From contig RHPI01001259.1 in the NCBI GenBank assembly GCA_009103225.1, positions 124,001 through 188,000 of the forward strand: 64,000 nucleotides of DNA, in the 5' to 3' direction. This DNA is from Chlorokybus atmophyticus (lineage: Eukaryota; Plantae; Mesostigma and Chlorokybus algae). Made by a program: the position numbers and the translations under genes. The notes under the pieces were generated by a model. It had not been told where the DNA came from, searched no databases, and saw only the letters and a list, made by a program, of their open reading frames with translations. Numbering within the stretch: the stretch's first letter is position 1; every line of letters starts with the position of its first letter. Below, in pieces: positions 42,165 to 56,700 of this stretch.

Positions 42165-43649
42165 ATGTTGACTGGCTCAAAAGGCACCAAATACGGGCTT
42201 CAGAAGCGTGGCCCTCCGCGTGGCCCTGGTCAGAAGAAAGCGGCTGCTCTGCCCGCCGCCGCCCGCCCCTCCATCTTCGGCGATGACGAGGATGAGGCCG
42301 CCCCCGAAGCCATCGAGGCAGCCATCGCACGCCAGGCCGCCGCCGTACGCAACCGTAAAGAGGTGGAGGATCGCCTCAAGGACGCCCTAGCACAGGACCC
42401 CACCGTCTTTGACTATGGTGAGCATGCTGCTTTGCTCAATTGCCATCCTCATTGGCCGCCTTGTAATTGCCCTCAGCCATGTCGTTGTCCTCGTCGTTGT
42501 TACCGTCGTAGTCGTTATTGTTGAGGGAGTCATTCTGTGCTTGCCAGATGGGGTGTATGACAAGATGAAGGTGGAGGCTGCTGCGCCAGCTAGGCAGGAG
42601 AAGACTGTGAGGGCGCCCAAGTACATAGGCAGCCTGCTGGAGAAGGCCAAGGAGAGGGAAAGGGAGCACAACCTGGCGTTTGAGCGCAAGGTGCACCGCG
42701 AGCAGGAGAAGGAGGCCCACCTCTACGGCGACAAGGACAAGTTCGTCACCGCTGCATACAAGCGCAAGCTCGCAGAGGACCAGAAGTGGATCGAGGACGA
42801 GCGCCGCAAGGAACTGATTGAACAAGCTCAGGATGTAAGTGTCATTGGGCATCTAACAGGCAGTGGCCATATCTTCCATTGCATGCTCGCAAGCATGAGT
42901 GCATGGTCAGGTTGTGATGTCGTTAGCAATCAGCACGCCTATCATGTGATCCACAGTTGCATGTGTATGCTTGCCTTGATGAATTTTTCCAAGCATGCTC
43001 AGGTTGTAACATTGTTTGCACACAGCAGTACGCATGTTGTTGATACTGGCATTTGTGTGCGAGCAGCGGTATGCATGCGTATGCTTGCATGTATACATGT
43101 GTATGTATGCTGCTTTGTTCATGACATGCACACGCGCACACATGCAAGCATTCGCAATAGCACGCATGGATTGGTGAGGACATGTACATATGGGGTGCTC
43201 GTAGTGTTACACAACTCTAAGCATATCTTCTGTCACAGGTGACAAAGCGAACGGATCTCAACGACTTCTACAGGAATCTGTGGCATGCTCAGCAGCGGCA
43301 AACAACTCCATCAGTTGCTGAAGAAACACAGCAGCCTAGTAGCGAGAAAGCTTCATTGCCTTCAACTTTAGGCCGCGCTGCCGAAGCCTCCGGCCAGTCA
43401 CCATCAACACACAAGCGCGCATCTTCCCCATCAGCAAGCCCACATGATGAAGTGGATAAGGAGAGTGAGGAGCAGGAGAAGGAGGACAAGGAGGAGAAGG
43501 AGGAGAAACACAAGGGTGCAGAGAATATTGAGACGGAGCAACCAGCTCAGGATGTGAAGGAGGCTGCTCCCCCCAAACCGAGCAAAGAGGAGCGTGCGGA
43601 AGCTGCTCGGGCGCGGTATCTGGCGCGAAAGAAGGTCAAGCCATCATAG
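42165..43649 (+). CDS. NSRP1: Nuclear speckle splicing regulatory protein 1 / CCDC55 (DUF2040), 3 exons
   Basis: KYGLQ...SIFGDDEDE...ALAQDPTVFDY|DGVYDKMK...PKYIGSLLEKAKERERE...ERKVHREQEKEAHLYGDKDKFVTAAYKRKLAE...D|VTKRTDLNDFYRNL...AARARYLARK*. Confidence 0.93.
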
Positions 43650-45344
43650 AGTGGCTCTGCGGTGCTCTTGTGTGCTCACCAATCATCAATCAGAGCGGCA
43701 GACTTCAATTTGTGGCTAATCTCACCGCTGGTGAGAAGCTCTTGCACAACAGATGGCATTACATCGTCTTCACATGGTCACACTTCCAAGTTTTGGAGAG
43801 TTTTCCTTTTTACATGTGCAAGTGTGAAGTGCTGTGGTTGCTGGCTCTTTTCTCCTTGTGCACAGCTAATGGACACTTTCTTACTGCAAGCTGACTTTGC
43901 AGGATGGAAGTTGTCTCTGAAGCGGGCGTGTACAGGTCAATTGATGGCGTCTTTGGCTGCAAAAAGTGTTCATGGGGTGCACAATGTGGTGCACAACCAG
44001 CGCTTGTTGCCGCTCCTTTAGCGGGCAGCATTGCCATCTTGTAACATGCCCGGAGAACAAGTGCCATGCTTATAGCAAGTATGCAGCTGTGCAGTGGTGT
44101 CCCGTGGTTACAGTTCTTGTTATCAGTGTGTTACGAGGGCAAAATAGGCGCAACTTGCAGTTGTTAGCCGCCTTTCACGAGAGTCTTGCACTGATTGTGC
44201 AGCCAGTGTACCCAGCACAGGTGCATGATCCCGCTCTGGTGGGTAGCCAACTGCCACCCTGTATACGTATGAACATGAGTGTATATGAATGCATTGAGTG
44301 TCATGCGTGTCTCGCGCTATGCTGCTCCACTCACCTGCGTTTTACGTCGTGTACACAGATACTGCAACTGCTGCTGATTCTAAGGGCTGTGCATGCTTAG
44401 GGTAGCAGAGTAAGAACGGAGTAGACACATAGCCTTGTGGTGGTGTTGTAAACCAATGCTATGCTGCTATGATGTGAATGGCATGTAAGCATTGCAGCAA
44501 CAGAGTGCACATGTCAAGATGCCTTGTGTCAGCATGTGCGGTAGATCACCCCGGTGGTACACAGACATACCTATGCAATCTCCACTACTCTGCATACACA
44601 TTGCATGCTAATAATCAAGCATGCTAACTTTCGTACACACATCATATAAATCACACCGCACGCCCGCTGCTCTTCTCTGCCCTGCTCACGCACTTGCATT
44701 CATGTAGTGTAGAGTAGAGTGGAGCCTCCGTACAGGTGGTGGTGGTGGTGTGTGAATAAAGTGTATTGTGTGGTGGGTGTATTGCTTGTACGCTTGGCAT
44801 AGAGTGCTTTATCATGGATTCCTATACCCTACGCACACCACACGGCCAAGCGTCACACCTCGTGTCGCGCCCGCTCACGCCCCACACGTCATGCCCACCC
44901 GTCGCGCCGCTGCGTCACCCACTTGCGACTCAGGGTATACATATACATAACAACACCCAGTGCACATGAACGGGGAGTCAACCTCTGCCCGGACACAGTG
45001 AGTATCACTGAAAACCATTTGTATCGCTATCAACGTCTATTACCAATGCACCAGCATAACGGTCAAACCAAGCCCATGACAGGCGCATAGTTGCAATCCA
45101 CTAAGGCCGGGCACAGCAGCAAACACAGCAATACAACCTACCAGAGGACTGACTGTGGCCAAATGCAATTGTCAGCAGCGGCAGGCCCAAGCCTGATAGC
45201 GACAACAATGGCGGCAGCAGCACAGAGCTTGCAGTATGTTGTGTACAGTACACTCTTATTGCGATCGCATATCTTAGGCTTAACACACGGTCTGCAATTC
45301 TATCCCTACTCCTCATGTCCATTCTTCTGAAGCACGCGTGCTGT

Positions 45345-47753
45345 TCATGTGGTTTGCGATACAGTATCTTTGGGGCAAGCATGACAGCTGCGCATGCAGT
45401 TGCCTGGGCTGCCCGGAGACCCGATCATGAATCCCGGATTCTTCTCGCACTCCCCTTGCTTGGCCCAATAATGGCAGTCTTCGACGCGGTCCCAACAGCC
45501 TGGCGGTGTTGGGGCGGGCGGTTCTCTGCAAAACACATACGCCAGATTTACTGGTTGCGATGCCATGTAGTGCGCGTAGGCTTGATTGCACACATTACCC
45601 ACACACCGCAGCACGTGCTAAGCGCATGCAATGATGTGTGTAAAGCAACAATAGGTGAGTCGGCACTTACTTATACGGATGGTCGATGTGTATCCGCTTG
45701 CCACCGCTACTCATGCTGTACTCCCCTACATGTAACCTGTCCAAAGCAGTGCATCATGAGCGAAGCAAATAATAGCTGGGTTCCATTATAACTGTTGGTA
45801 TGTGCTTACCACTTTGTAGCCGACCACTTCTCGCCTTTTATGACAGGGCAGCTGCCGTGAAGACTGAACCTGTCCAAGTCACCTGCACGAAAGCAGACAG
45901 CACGAGTAACTCAACTATACATGCCACCAGACGTGCATATGATGAATGTACCTGTACCCGTATATGTAGACATGTATGTATTTTATATACATACATATGC
46001 ACATGCACACCACAGGAACCATTATAGCCACATGCACACCCACTTTCATGCAGATGCACGGGTATCAATATAAGTATATACACGTGCTAGGGGTAGAACG
46101 GCTACCCTGCGTTCATACAAAATCGGGCAATGTATTGTGTTCCAAACGTGCGAGTGTCATGACTCACCGCCAGGCTGCATTGTCCAGAAGAGGACCGCGT
46201 CACCGCGTCTGGGCTTGTAGGCCAGTCCCGACTTGGCGCAATTTGAATAATCGCCTTGCCTGCCTTCAGGCGCAGCAGCATTGGGAAATACCTGTGATAT
46301 TAACATACAATCACACAGTCTGTCTATATCACACTTGCACTGACTGCTAAACACTCCATGACAAGATGTGACCCACACCACCACATGCAACAGTGACCTC
46401 TTTACCGTTTCGCCGCCTTCCTCGACAGTTGTGAGATACATCAGCACGGTGGCTATGCGGTTGCCGCCGTTGCTCTCGCCGTCTTCATGGAAGAAGTAGT
46501 CGAAATGCGGGTCGTACTTCTCGCCGATGTTGTAGTCAAGGATCTGAATGCCCTCGCCATTCACCATGGGAAGCAACGTCCACATTGCAATGCTGTCAAC
46601 CGACAAACATGTTACCAACAGTAGGCGTGTTGACACGTGTGCATGCGTGTAAGCGCATGCAGGCACGCGTGCGCGCGTGGGTGCCTGGGTGTGCAAGTAT
46701 GTGCACGTGTGTACGCAATCGCATACGCATGCTTGTTTGCATGTGCGTGTGTGCACGCGTGCTTGTGTGCAGGTTCACGTGGGTACATGTGTGCATGTAT
46801 GCAGTCATGTCAATGAAGGCAGTGATAGAGCCTCACCGTTCTTCTATGCCTTTTACCACCTTGTCTTGGCCTCGTGATAGAAACGTGCCTTTGCTCGTGC
46901 GGATTTCACTCTCTTTGCTCTGTCCATTCTCACCAACCACACCTGACCTGACAACAGTTTCAACCAGAGACTCAGTAATCAGGTAGCTCTCATCATACAA
47001 TAGATGTTGGTAACAACAAACAGCACCCAGCAACCCTCACCTGTACAGCTGGCTTTTGGATATCTGAATCATGTGATCACACTCGTCATCTGAAAGAAAG
47101 TTGTGGTAGACACTCAGCCTTGGCGTCCAAGACAGCATCTACGCGCACAATGACAAGCATGGTGAGCACGTGTGTTGAAGCAACGGCTTGGCATGGGCAA
47201 GATACTGCTGACAACAAACATGCAGCTGGCTGCATATATGTGCAGAGACAAGTAAGTGCGCGTGCAGACATAGCACGCGCGCGTGTGTGTACGTGAGTAT
47301 TTTGAGCTCATACCAGCTGACACTGCGGAAGATGAACATCACCGTTCACTGTGCGCCAAGCGATGGCTTTTTCACCCAACTCATGGGTTCTCCGTTGCAG
47401 AGACCAATGTTCTCTACTAAACATGTCCAGACTAACACATACACCCAAAGCACACGCATGCATACATTCACAGATGTCGTTGTCACCTCAACGTTGGTCG
47501 GGTCGTAAGCATTCGCGGGCAGCTTGCTTTGCGTATGGCCGGATTGTGGCACCACATTGCTATCATCCTCGCCATCGGGAGCGACATGGCTCTCGCCCAT
47601 CCATCCGATAAGCTCTGGCTCGCGCGCAGCCACATGTGCGATGGTTGAACACAACAGGAATACCAAGAAAGTGAAGTGCCGGAGGAGAGATAGCCGAGCC
47701 AATAGCGGTGATGGTTGTTGTTGTTGTTGGTGATGATGATGATGGCCGATCAT
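45345..47753 (-). CDS. P4H: Plant-type prolyl 4-hydroxylase with signal/anchor and C-terminal ShK domain
   Basis: LSWTPRLSVYHNFLSDDECDHMI...RTSKGTFLSRGQDKVVKGIEER|IAMWTLLP...YDPHFDYF (HxD)...GGNRIATVLMYL...EGGET|VFP...SLHGSCPVIKGEKWSATKW. ShK: CWDRVEDCHYWAKQGECEKNPGFMIG...CMRSCHAC. Confidence 0.95.
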
Positions 47754-48795
47754 CTGCACATTCTGGATAAGCTGAAGCTGCAGTCAACCAACACACACAT
47801 GCACATGCGCGCGCATGTGTGCGCATGTGCATCATTTGCAGTCAGTCATTGTGCGTCTCAGATTGTTCAATGGAGGGAAGAAAACCTCTCTGTCAAGAAG
47901 TGCAAAAGCTCTTGCATACCACAACTTCTCACCCAGTTTTCTGCGTGCATTGGAAGAAAAGAGAACTTTGTGTGCAGCACTCGCGCAGTGTGGAACAGGT
48001 TACGTTCGCAATAACAAAGTAGACAAATGCGTTGCTTCTGCTTGCAACAAAATGCTGATAACTGTAGACACAAGCTGTACGGAACTGTGCACCAGTTTGC
48101 TGATAATCGACACAAGATATTATTACAACTTACTAATGTATGGTTTCTTCTTCGCTTAGCAAATGCTGCGCTGACTGCTGGTTGATTCATATTGAGAAGT
48201 AGAGAAAATTGAGCAAGTGCAGCTTTTCAACGCTGGCGCAAGCATGCTTGGACCGATTGCCAAGCTTTATTCCACTTGGCAAGCTTCCTTCCAAGCTTGG
48301 AAACACGCTATCTCAAAGCAACAATCAATGAATCCATACCACAACTTGCTTGAACCAGTACCCGCCATGACTAAGTGCAAGCAGAGGTAAGTCTTGCCTG
48401 TGATGGGCCTCGTTCCGCCCCAGTTGATTACTGTTACCGCACCCACCGCCACAGCAGTCGCCTCTGCGGGATCAACTCGTCCAAATCCTCCCTTGAGCTT
48501 GAGCAACCTCACTAGCAGCCCGGTATTGCAGCTACACCGACAACCACGCCGACAATGCCAACAATGACGACAGTGACCACAGCGATGAGCTCACAGCGTC
48601 ATTAGGGCTTACTGCATTACGCAGTAGCATTGATTGAGCTGTTCAAAGCCGTAACCCAGATACGATGCTCTCCAGGGCCTTGGCGTGTTTGGGTTACTGT
48701 GGCAGTTACTCCGCGAAGGTTGTCCTGCTCAGCGACGTTGTCGGCGGCGGAGGCGGCGTGGTTGTCGGCGTCGCCGTGGTCGGTATTTGGAAGTC

Positions 48796-50048
<1,253 letters not shown>

Positions 50049-50785
50049 ACGGGTTGTGTACAGTTGGATATCTGTGAACTTGTTTGGCAGCAGCTATATG
50101 TATAATGTGAGGTTGGGCATGCTTGGGGTAAGGTGAGTTGCCGCAAGTTTTTTCGTGCTGTTGTCGGCTGCTTTCGTGGCAAGCATTATTGCACTACAAA
50201 GTTAACTTAAGTCATAAACATGGTCCGAGAACGAGCCTCAACCATACCAGTCTGCTGAGAGCTGATTGTTTCTGCTAGTAATATAGAGTCTGCAGCTTTC
50301 TGGTGATACCTGGATAAATGGGAACTAGCAGTTGGGGTGTGCTTGCACGCAGCGTTGTTGGGTAGCGTGGCTGTGGAAAGAAGTGTGCACTTTGAGGCTT
50401 TGCACAGCCTCCCTGCAATATTTCATGGATATGACCCACCCCTGCACCAGCTGATTGACAGCAGCCAAGCCCTTGCAACAACAGGGCGCACTGATGATTA
50501 TGTCTGCACAAAGGAGCCTTCAAGCAATAAATAGCCTGAAGCATCTGCTTTGCTACCTGCAGCCTCACAAAGGGACCCACGCAATGTTGCTATTCAGGGC
50601 TGCATCCGCTCCATACGTATTCTGTTCGGTGCCAATGGCAATCACGTCACAGCTACCGATGCAAGTGCAGCCACCCTCCTACACTTGCTGATGGTTATCT
50701 AGCAGCGATCTGCTGGTGTTCTTTGTTACTGCTGATATAGCTATCCTACGCTGCTCTCCTCTCTAACAGTGTGCCTAAGCCTCCT

Positions 50786-53700
50786 TCACAATGAGTTCTG
50801 CCGCGAGTAGTACCCCTTCAGCAGACTATGCACCCTTCCCTTGGCCGCCGACATGGACAGCGTGGACTGAAGCACCGACGACGACGGCGCTTTCCCGCTT
50901 CCCGTCTGGTTGATGCCTTCCAAACCCAAACCCAACATGCCGGCCACTCGCATCGCACCGTAGTCGCGCGGCTTCCCCGTGCCTATTGAATCAGACGCCT
51001 GCACACAATCAATCAGACACAATAAGTTTGAACTGACATACTGTATAGTGCTGTAGAGTAACAGAAGGTATTTTGTTGGTCAATGCGCGCGCACGCGCGA
51101 ATGTGTGTGCATGTGCATGTGCGTGCGCGTGCGCGTGCATGTGTCACCTGTGTAATCTGGGAGATGAACATCCCAAAGGACTGTAGGCTTGGCGGTGCAA
51201 CCGGAGAGTTGAGGCTTGAGTTGGAGTTGGAGTTTGTTTGAGTCTGAGAGAGGGGGCTCGCACTTGCGAGGGAGTCGAACGTCATCGATTGGAGCTTTAT
51301 TGGCACCTTCCCAGCCACTATCATCGCCGCAGGCGTGGGGTTGACGTCGCGCACCACGCTGTCACTGGCAAACAGCTGCCCAACCTGGAAGATGTCAATG
51401 AAGTCAGTAATCAAGTGTGCCTTTGAGCATGCACACAGACGCGCACACACACACGCACACGCACACGCATACATGCACGTGCACACACCTGGTCCCTCTC
51501 GTCTATTGTGACCTCCCTTCCATCCAAAATTCGCAAAGCAGGACACCGCTTCACAATCATCGGCCTGCACACCTGAGCAAAGCACACAATCAACCACAAG
51601 CACAACTACACACTCGCACACACTAACACTCACTGATAACCTCCTACCTGTTTTCGTGCGATGGGGTTGTTGGCAAAATTGAGTTCCAGCAGCTCCGTGC
51701 ACGCGGCGAGGTGGTCCAGCTCGACCACGTCGGCGATGCGGTTGCCCCCGAGGTGCAGCGACCGCAGACGGGGGGCACCGACGCCGATGTGGGCCAGCGT
51801 CCGCATGCCATTATCTTCCAACCTGTGGCATGGATTTTGGTTGAGTATCCACACAGTCCAACTCACACACACACACGCGCGCGCGCGCGTGTGAGTACAC
51901 GCACCCACGCAGACGCTCACACATACGCACGCGGGCCCGCATGCGCATATGCACACACACGCGCACGCACGCACGCAGGCACGCACATCCAGCATCATCC
52001 ACACACAGTCCACCGCAACACACACAGCTTCCCAACCCCACCTCAGTTCCCTCAGATTCCCCAATCCCCTCATCGACCCCGCCTCCATCCCCCTGACGCA
52101 GTTCCTGTCCAGCACCAGCTCCTGCAGCATGCTCAGGGAGTCCAGCCCCTCGACGCGCGAGATGCCGTTGTCCTGCAGGAACAGGGAACGGAGGTGGCGG
52201 AAACAGGAGAGGTGGAGGGAGGGGAGGGAGGTGATCTGGTTGCTGCCAAGCTGGAGGACCTGGAGGAAGGGAAGAGTGGGGACAGGCATTGGCGGAGTCA
52301 GATGTGTATGTGTGCGCGTGCGTGTGTGAGCCAAGCGCGTGTGAGTGTAACCGTGCGTGCGTGCGTGCGTGCGTACGTACACACACAGACATGCATGTGT
52401 GCGCGCACGTGTGTGTGTGCACGCGTGTTATGAGTTGAGCCCGATGTTCTTGCAACAGTATAGTTGTTCAGTCACTACATCAGTTGCATACCTGCAACGG
52501 GTGATTGTCGTCTGCGGGTTCAAAAAGGGGATAGTTTTCCAGGCGGTTTGCGTTGAGCCGCAGAACAGCCAAGCTGGTGAGGTGGCGGAGCTCCTGGACG
52601 TCCGTGAGCATGTTGTTGTCCAGGTTGAGCGCAGTAAGCGTCGCAAAGTCCTGGGATTGCTCAGCAAGCTCAGTACCGCATTGTTTCTGCAACAAAGCAA
52701 AGGAAAGCGCGCACGCACATGCACGCATATGCACCAAGCATGAGCACAAACACGCTCACATTCATGGGCACGCACACGCACACGCGCACACATGCGCACG
52801 CGCCCGGACACGCACACGCACATACACCTCCGCCCTACCTGCAGCGCAAACACCGTTCCTATATCTCGTATCTTCTGTCCCGACAGGTCCAGCTCCCTCA
52901 AGTGTTCAAAGAACCGATGCCCAACATGCTCCTCCAGAAAATCCGTAGTCAGCCGCCCCGCGTACTTGCTCTTGGCGGCCGACTGCTCCGCGGCCTCGAT
53001 GCCCACGCCGTCCAACACCTTGTGGTTGGGAGGTGTGAGTGTGTGTTTGCGAGGTGTTAGGCATGGTCAGAGAGCTGATGAGTACCTTGAGCTTGTTCTT
53101 CAGGTTGTAGACGACGTAGAGGCGGTAATCCTCGGACTTGCAGAGAGGGTTGCCGGCGAGGTCGAGGATGATGAGCTTGGGGAGCTCCTTCAGCTGGAGG
53201 ACCTCACGTATACCGGGCACCTTGGTACATGATAGACTTGAGTTAGCTATAATGTGGTAAAGTGCGTGCGCGTGCGCGTGCGCATGCGGGTGTGCGCGCG
53301 TGAGTGTGTGTGTCTGCCCGTGAATGTGAGACACAGAACAAGCAGTTTCCTCCTCCCCCACCTTGTTATTCCCCAAGTACAGTTCCATCAGTCCCGTGAG
53401 TCCCCCCATCCCCGCCAGGCTGGCGATCTCGTTGTCCTCCGCCGACAGCAGCGTCAGGTGGCGGAGGTGATCTAGGCGCTCGAAACGACAGAGGCGGTTG
53501 CGGCCGAGCTCAAGGGTGCGGAGGGAAGAGGGGAGGGCGTCGAGCTGTGGACAATTTGTTGATTGATAAGGAGTCGGTTCCACTACTACTCTGCCTATCA
53601 GTTGTTTGGTGTTGCTAAGGTAAGGTCATACTAGCAGCAGCATGCACACCTGCAGGATGCGGTTGCCTGTCAAGATCAGCTCCTCCAGCTTGTTTAGGGA

Positions 53701-56700
53701 CTCCAGGCCTGCACACATGAGGTTACGCGCAAATAGCAAGGTATCCATTCTTGTGCGTGCGAGCGCGCGTATGTGTGCGTGTGTATGTGCGCGTGCTCAG
53801 AATAGAGTCCTGACTAGATGTCCTCACCTTCAATGCGGCCGATCTCATTGTCAGCAAGGCTCAGCCTTAGGAGGTTCGGCAGTCCATCCAGGTTCTGGAT
53901 GCGGCGCAGCTTGAGGTGCTCGAGGCTGAGGTCTTCAGCGCGCTCGCGCCAGCTGCTGTTGTTATTACTATTACTCGCTTGACTAGAAGCAGAGGCGGCA
54001 GCAGCAGCCTCCTCACGGTACGCCCACGTGTTGGTCTGCCTGGTCCTAGCATGCTCCTGCAACAACTGCGCACACAGTACACCGCGTTAACACCCACACA
54101 CACCCGCACCCACACACGCACACACGCGCGCGCACATCTTACATGCTTATTTAGATGCACAGGCACACGCACACACACACACACACACACACATCTCTCT
54201 CACCTTGTCAGTTATCTGTGCCGTGTGAGCGCCTTCAGTTCGGTCCTCCTGCGACACGCTCTGTCCGTCGAGCGCCGTCAGTCGCGGGAGGCGCCGCGCC
54301 ACGAAGGAGCGGTAGCCCGGCGCGTCGCAGAGGGCGTTGCCGTGGAGGGAGAGGGCGGTCAATTGGGGAACGTGCTTGTGGAGAACCTGCGCAAGAGAGG
54401 CAACGGATTGTGTGATTGTGTATGTGCGCGGGCGCTTGCAAGGACAACCACATACATGCAATACTACGCACACGCACAACCACGCGCGTGCACGCGCCCA
54501 TGTGTGTGTGCGTGGGTGTGTCTGTTGCGAGCAAGTTAGACACCTGCCCACTTGATGAAAACCACTGCATAGTGACCCCATGTTCACCTGTATGTCCTCA
54601 ATTCTGGTCAACAAGTTGTTGTTCAGCTCGAGTTGTCTCAGCGCCGTCTGTCCTCTCAGTCCCTCGATGCGCCGTATCACATTGAAGCTTAGATCCAGCT
54701 TCTCCAGCTCGCGTAGTTCACTCAGTCCCTCTACCTTCTGTATCTCATTGAAGCTTAGCACCAGGTGCCTCAGATTAGACAAGCACGCCAGCCCCTCAAT
54801 GCAACGAATGCCGCTGCCATGCAAGTTGAGGTACATCACGTTGGCGAAGACGGGCGTCCTGCTGCAGGCGAGTATCAACTCGCTCGTGATGGTTCCTGTA
54901 CTTGTCTTTGACGTGCCGCGCGATGATGAGAGAATAGGTGGCATGTTGACGGTTTTTATCACCGACTCGTCAGGTTGTGGAGAAAGGTTGTTGCTGTGCT
55001 CTCCTGTTTGTTGCAAGAAAGCCGCAAGGGGACGCAGTATGGGTCTCATCTCTGGATCGATGATGTCTGTTGTGTGCGTGTCGGGACTCAATGCAGGAGT
55101 GTTCAGAGTGTTGTAAGCATCAGCGCCAGCGTTGTCGTGCGAGTGAGACAGATCGTACTCAAACTCCACCAAGTACTCGGGCAGCACGAGGAACGGCTGG
55201 AACACGAACCACGTGCGTTGCTTCGGGTCGCTCGACTTCGGCCTGAACACCGAGTCCACGGCCGTGCCATAGGCTTCTGGCATCACGTCCTTGCGCTCCA
55301 CAACCTGCGTGTCAAAGACATAAGCCATTGCACACGACAGCATCACACGAGCACACACACACGCACCGAGAGCATAGGTGTGGCATCTTGAGGTAGCCTT
55401 GCTGAAGGTGTTGAGCGACGTGCTGGCGTGTTGTTGATCTGGCCGGAGCGTAGTTCTTGCGTGGACTTGCCGAGGAAGACCTTCGTGACAAGTAGCTGCC
55501 CAAACTGCAGCCGCTTGGAAGAACAACCATCAGCATCCCCACGTAAGCACGCTTGCACACGCTGCTGATCCGCACAACTAACACTATTGTGTAGTACAAC
55601 AGCTGGCGTGAGGCCATAGAAGCCTTCTTCAGCCACGCGCATGAGTTCACCCGCGCCATCATCACCATAGAACAAGTACTCGAGGTTGCGCTTATATGTT
55701 GGGTCAGCTACATCAACAAGGTGTTCGAGGCACTCCTCGAAGCGGCCGCGTAAGAACCTATTGTGGACGCGCGTGACACGGGTAACTCTACTCAACCCAA
55801 CCACACCCGTGCCGGCATAGTCTCCGCCGAAGAAGCGTGACTTCACCAAGTCAACGCACGACGTGTACCAAAGGTCCGAAGGCTTCCCGTCCTCCAGACG
55901 TATGTTGCCGCCCGTATCCAACTCAACTAACAACCTCCTCACGTGTCCATCACACAACTCGTGCACGCGAGCACGGCTATCCTCAAACCGCCTCACAAGC
56001 AACTCCATCTCATCCTTCTTACGCTGCGTGCCTTCCAACAAAGCTTCCCTCTTCACCCTCACCTGTGATACAAACAACTCATCGCCGTTGTTGTTACACC
56101 CGTCTTCTAGCTCGCGGTCTAAGTCCTTCAGATGGCGTATGAGCAGGTTGAGCGCCACGCTGGCTTGGCTAATCTTGGCCTGGTTTGCCTCATGTGCACG
56201 ACGCAACGCGTACGACGTGTTGCGTTGAAGAGTCTTGATGCGCATGTTGTAGTACATGCGCTTCTTCATATATGTCGCCTGTTGCAATGAAGCCAAGCAC
56301 ATAAGCATAGTGACACAATGTGTTGGATATGGGTTAACAAAAATGAATGTCTCACCTGTGCGAGTTGTTTGATGTCTTCAGTGAGGACGAGTGTGTCGAG
56401 CGAGTGTAGTTGTGCCAGATGGAAGACCACATACGTCTGATAATTGCACAGCAGAGACAGTGGATTGTCTCCCCAATGCGGGTCAGAGAAGCATAAATCC
56501 ACAAGCTTCGGTAGCTTCGCGAGGTTGCATATGTCTTTGAACTGCCCGATGCAGTTGTGTGCCAGGTTGAGTGTGGTTATCTCCATGTTGTATTTGAGTC
56601 CATCCCCGATGCGCGCGATGCGGTTACGCACAAGATTCAAGTCTTTGAGTTTGGTGAGAGTCTCCAACCCTTCCAACACCTCAATCTGGTTGTTGCCAAG

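Noticed and set aside
43700-45000. Extra minus-strand gene between NSRP1 and P4H
   Set aside because: A few splice-like sites, but no convincing ORF or homology; may be overlapping 3' UTRs.
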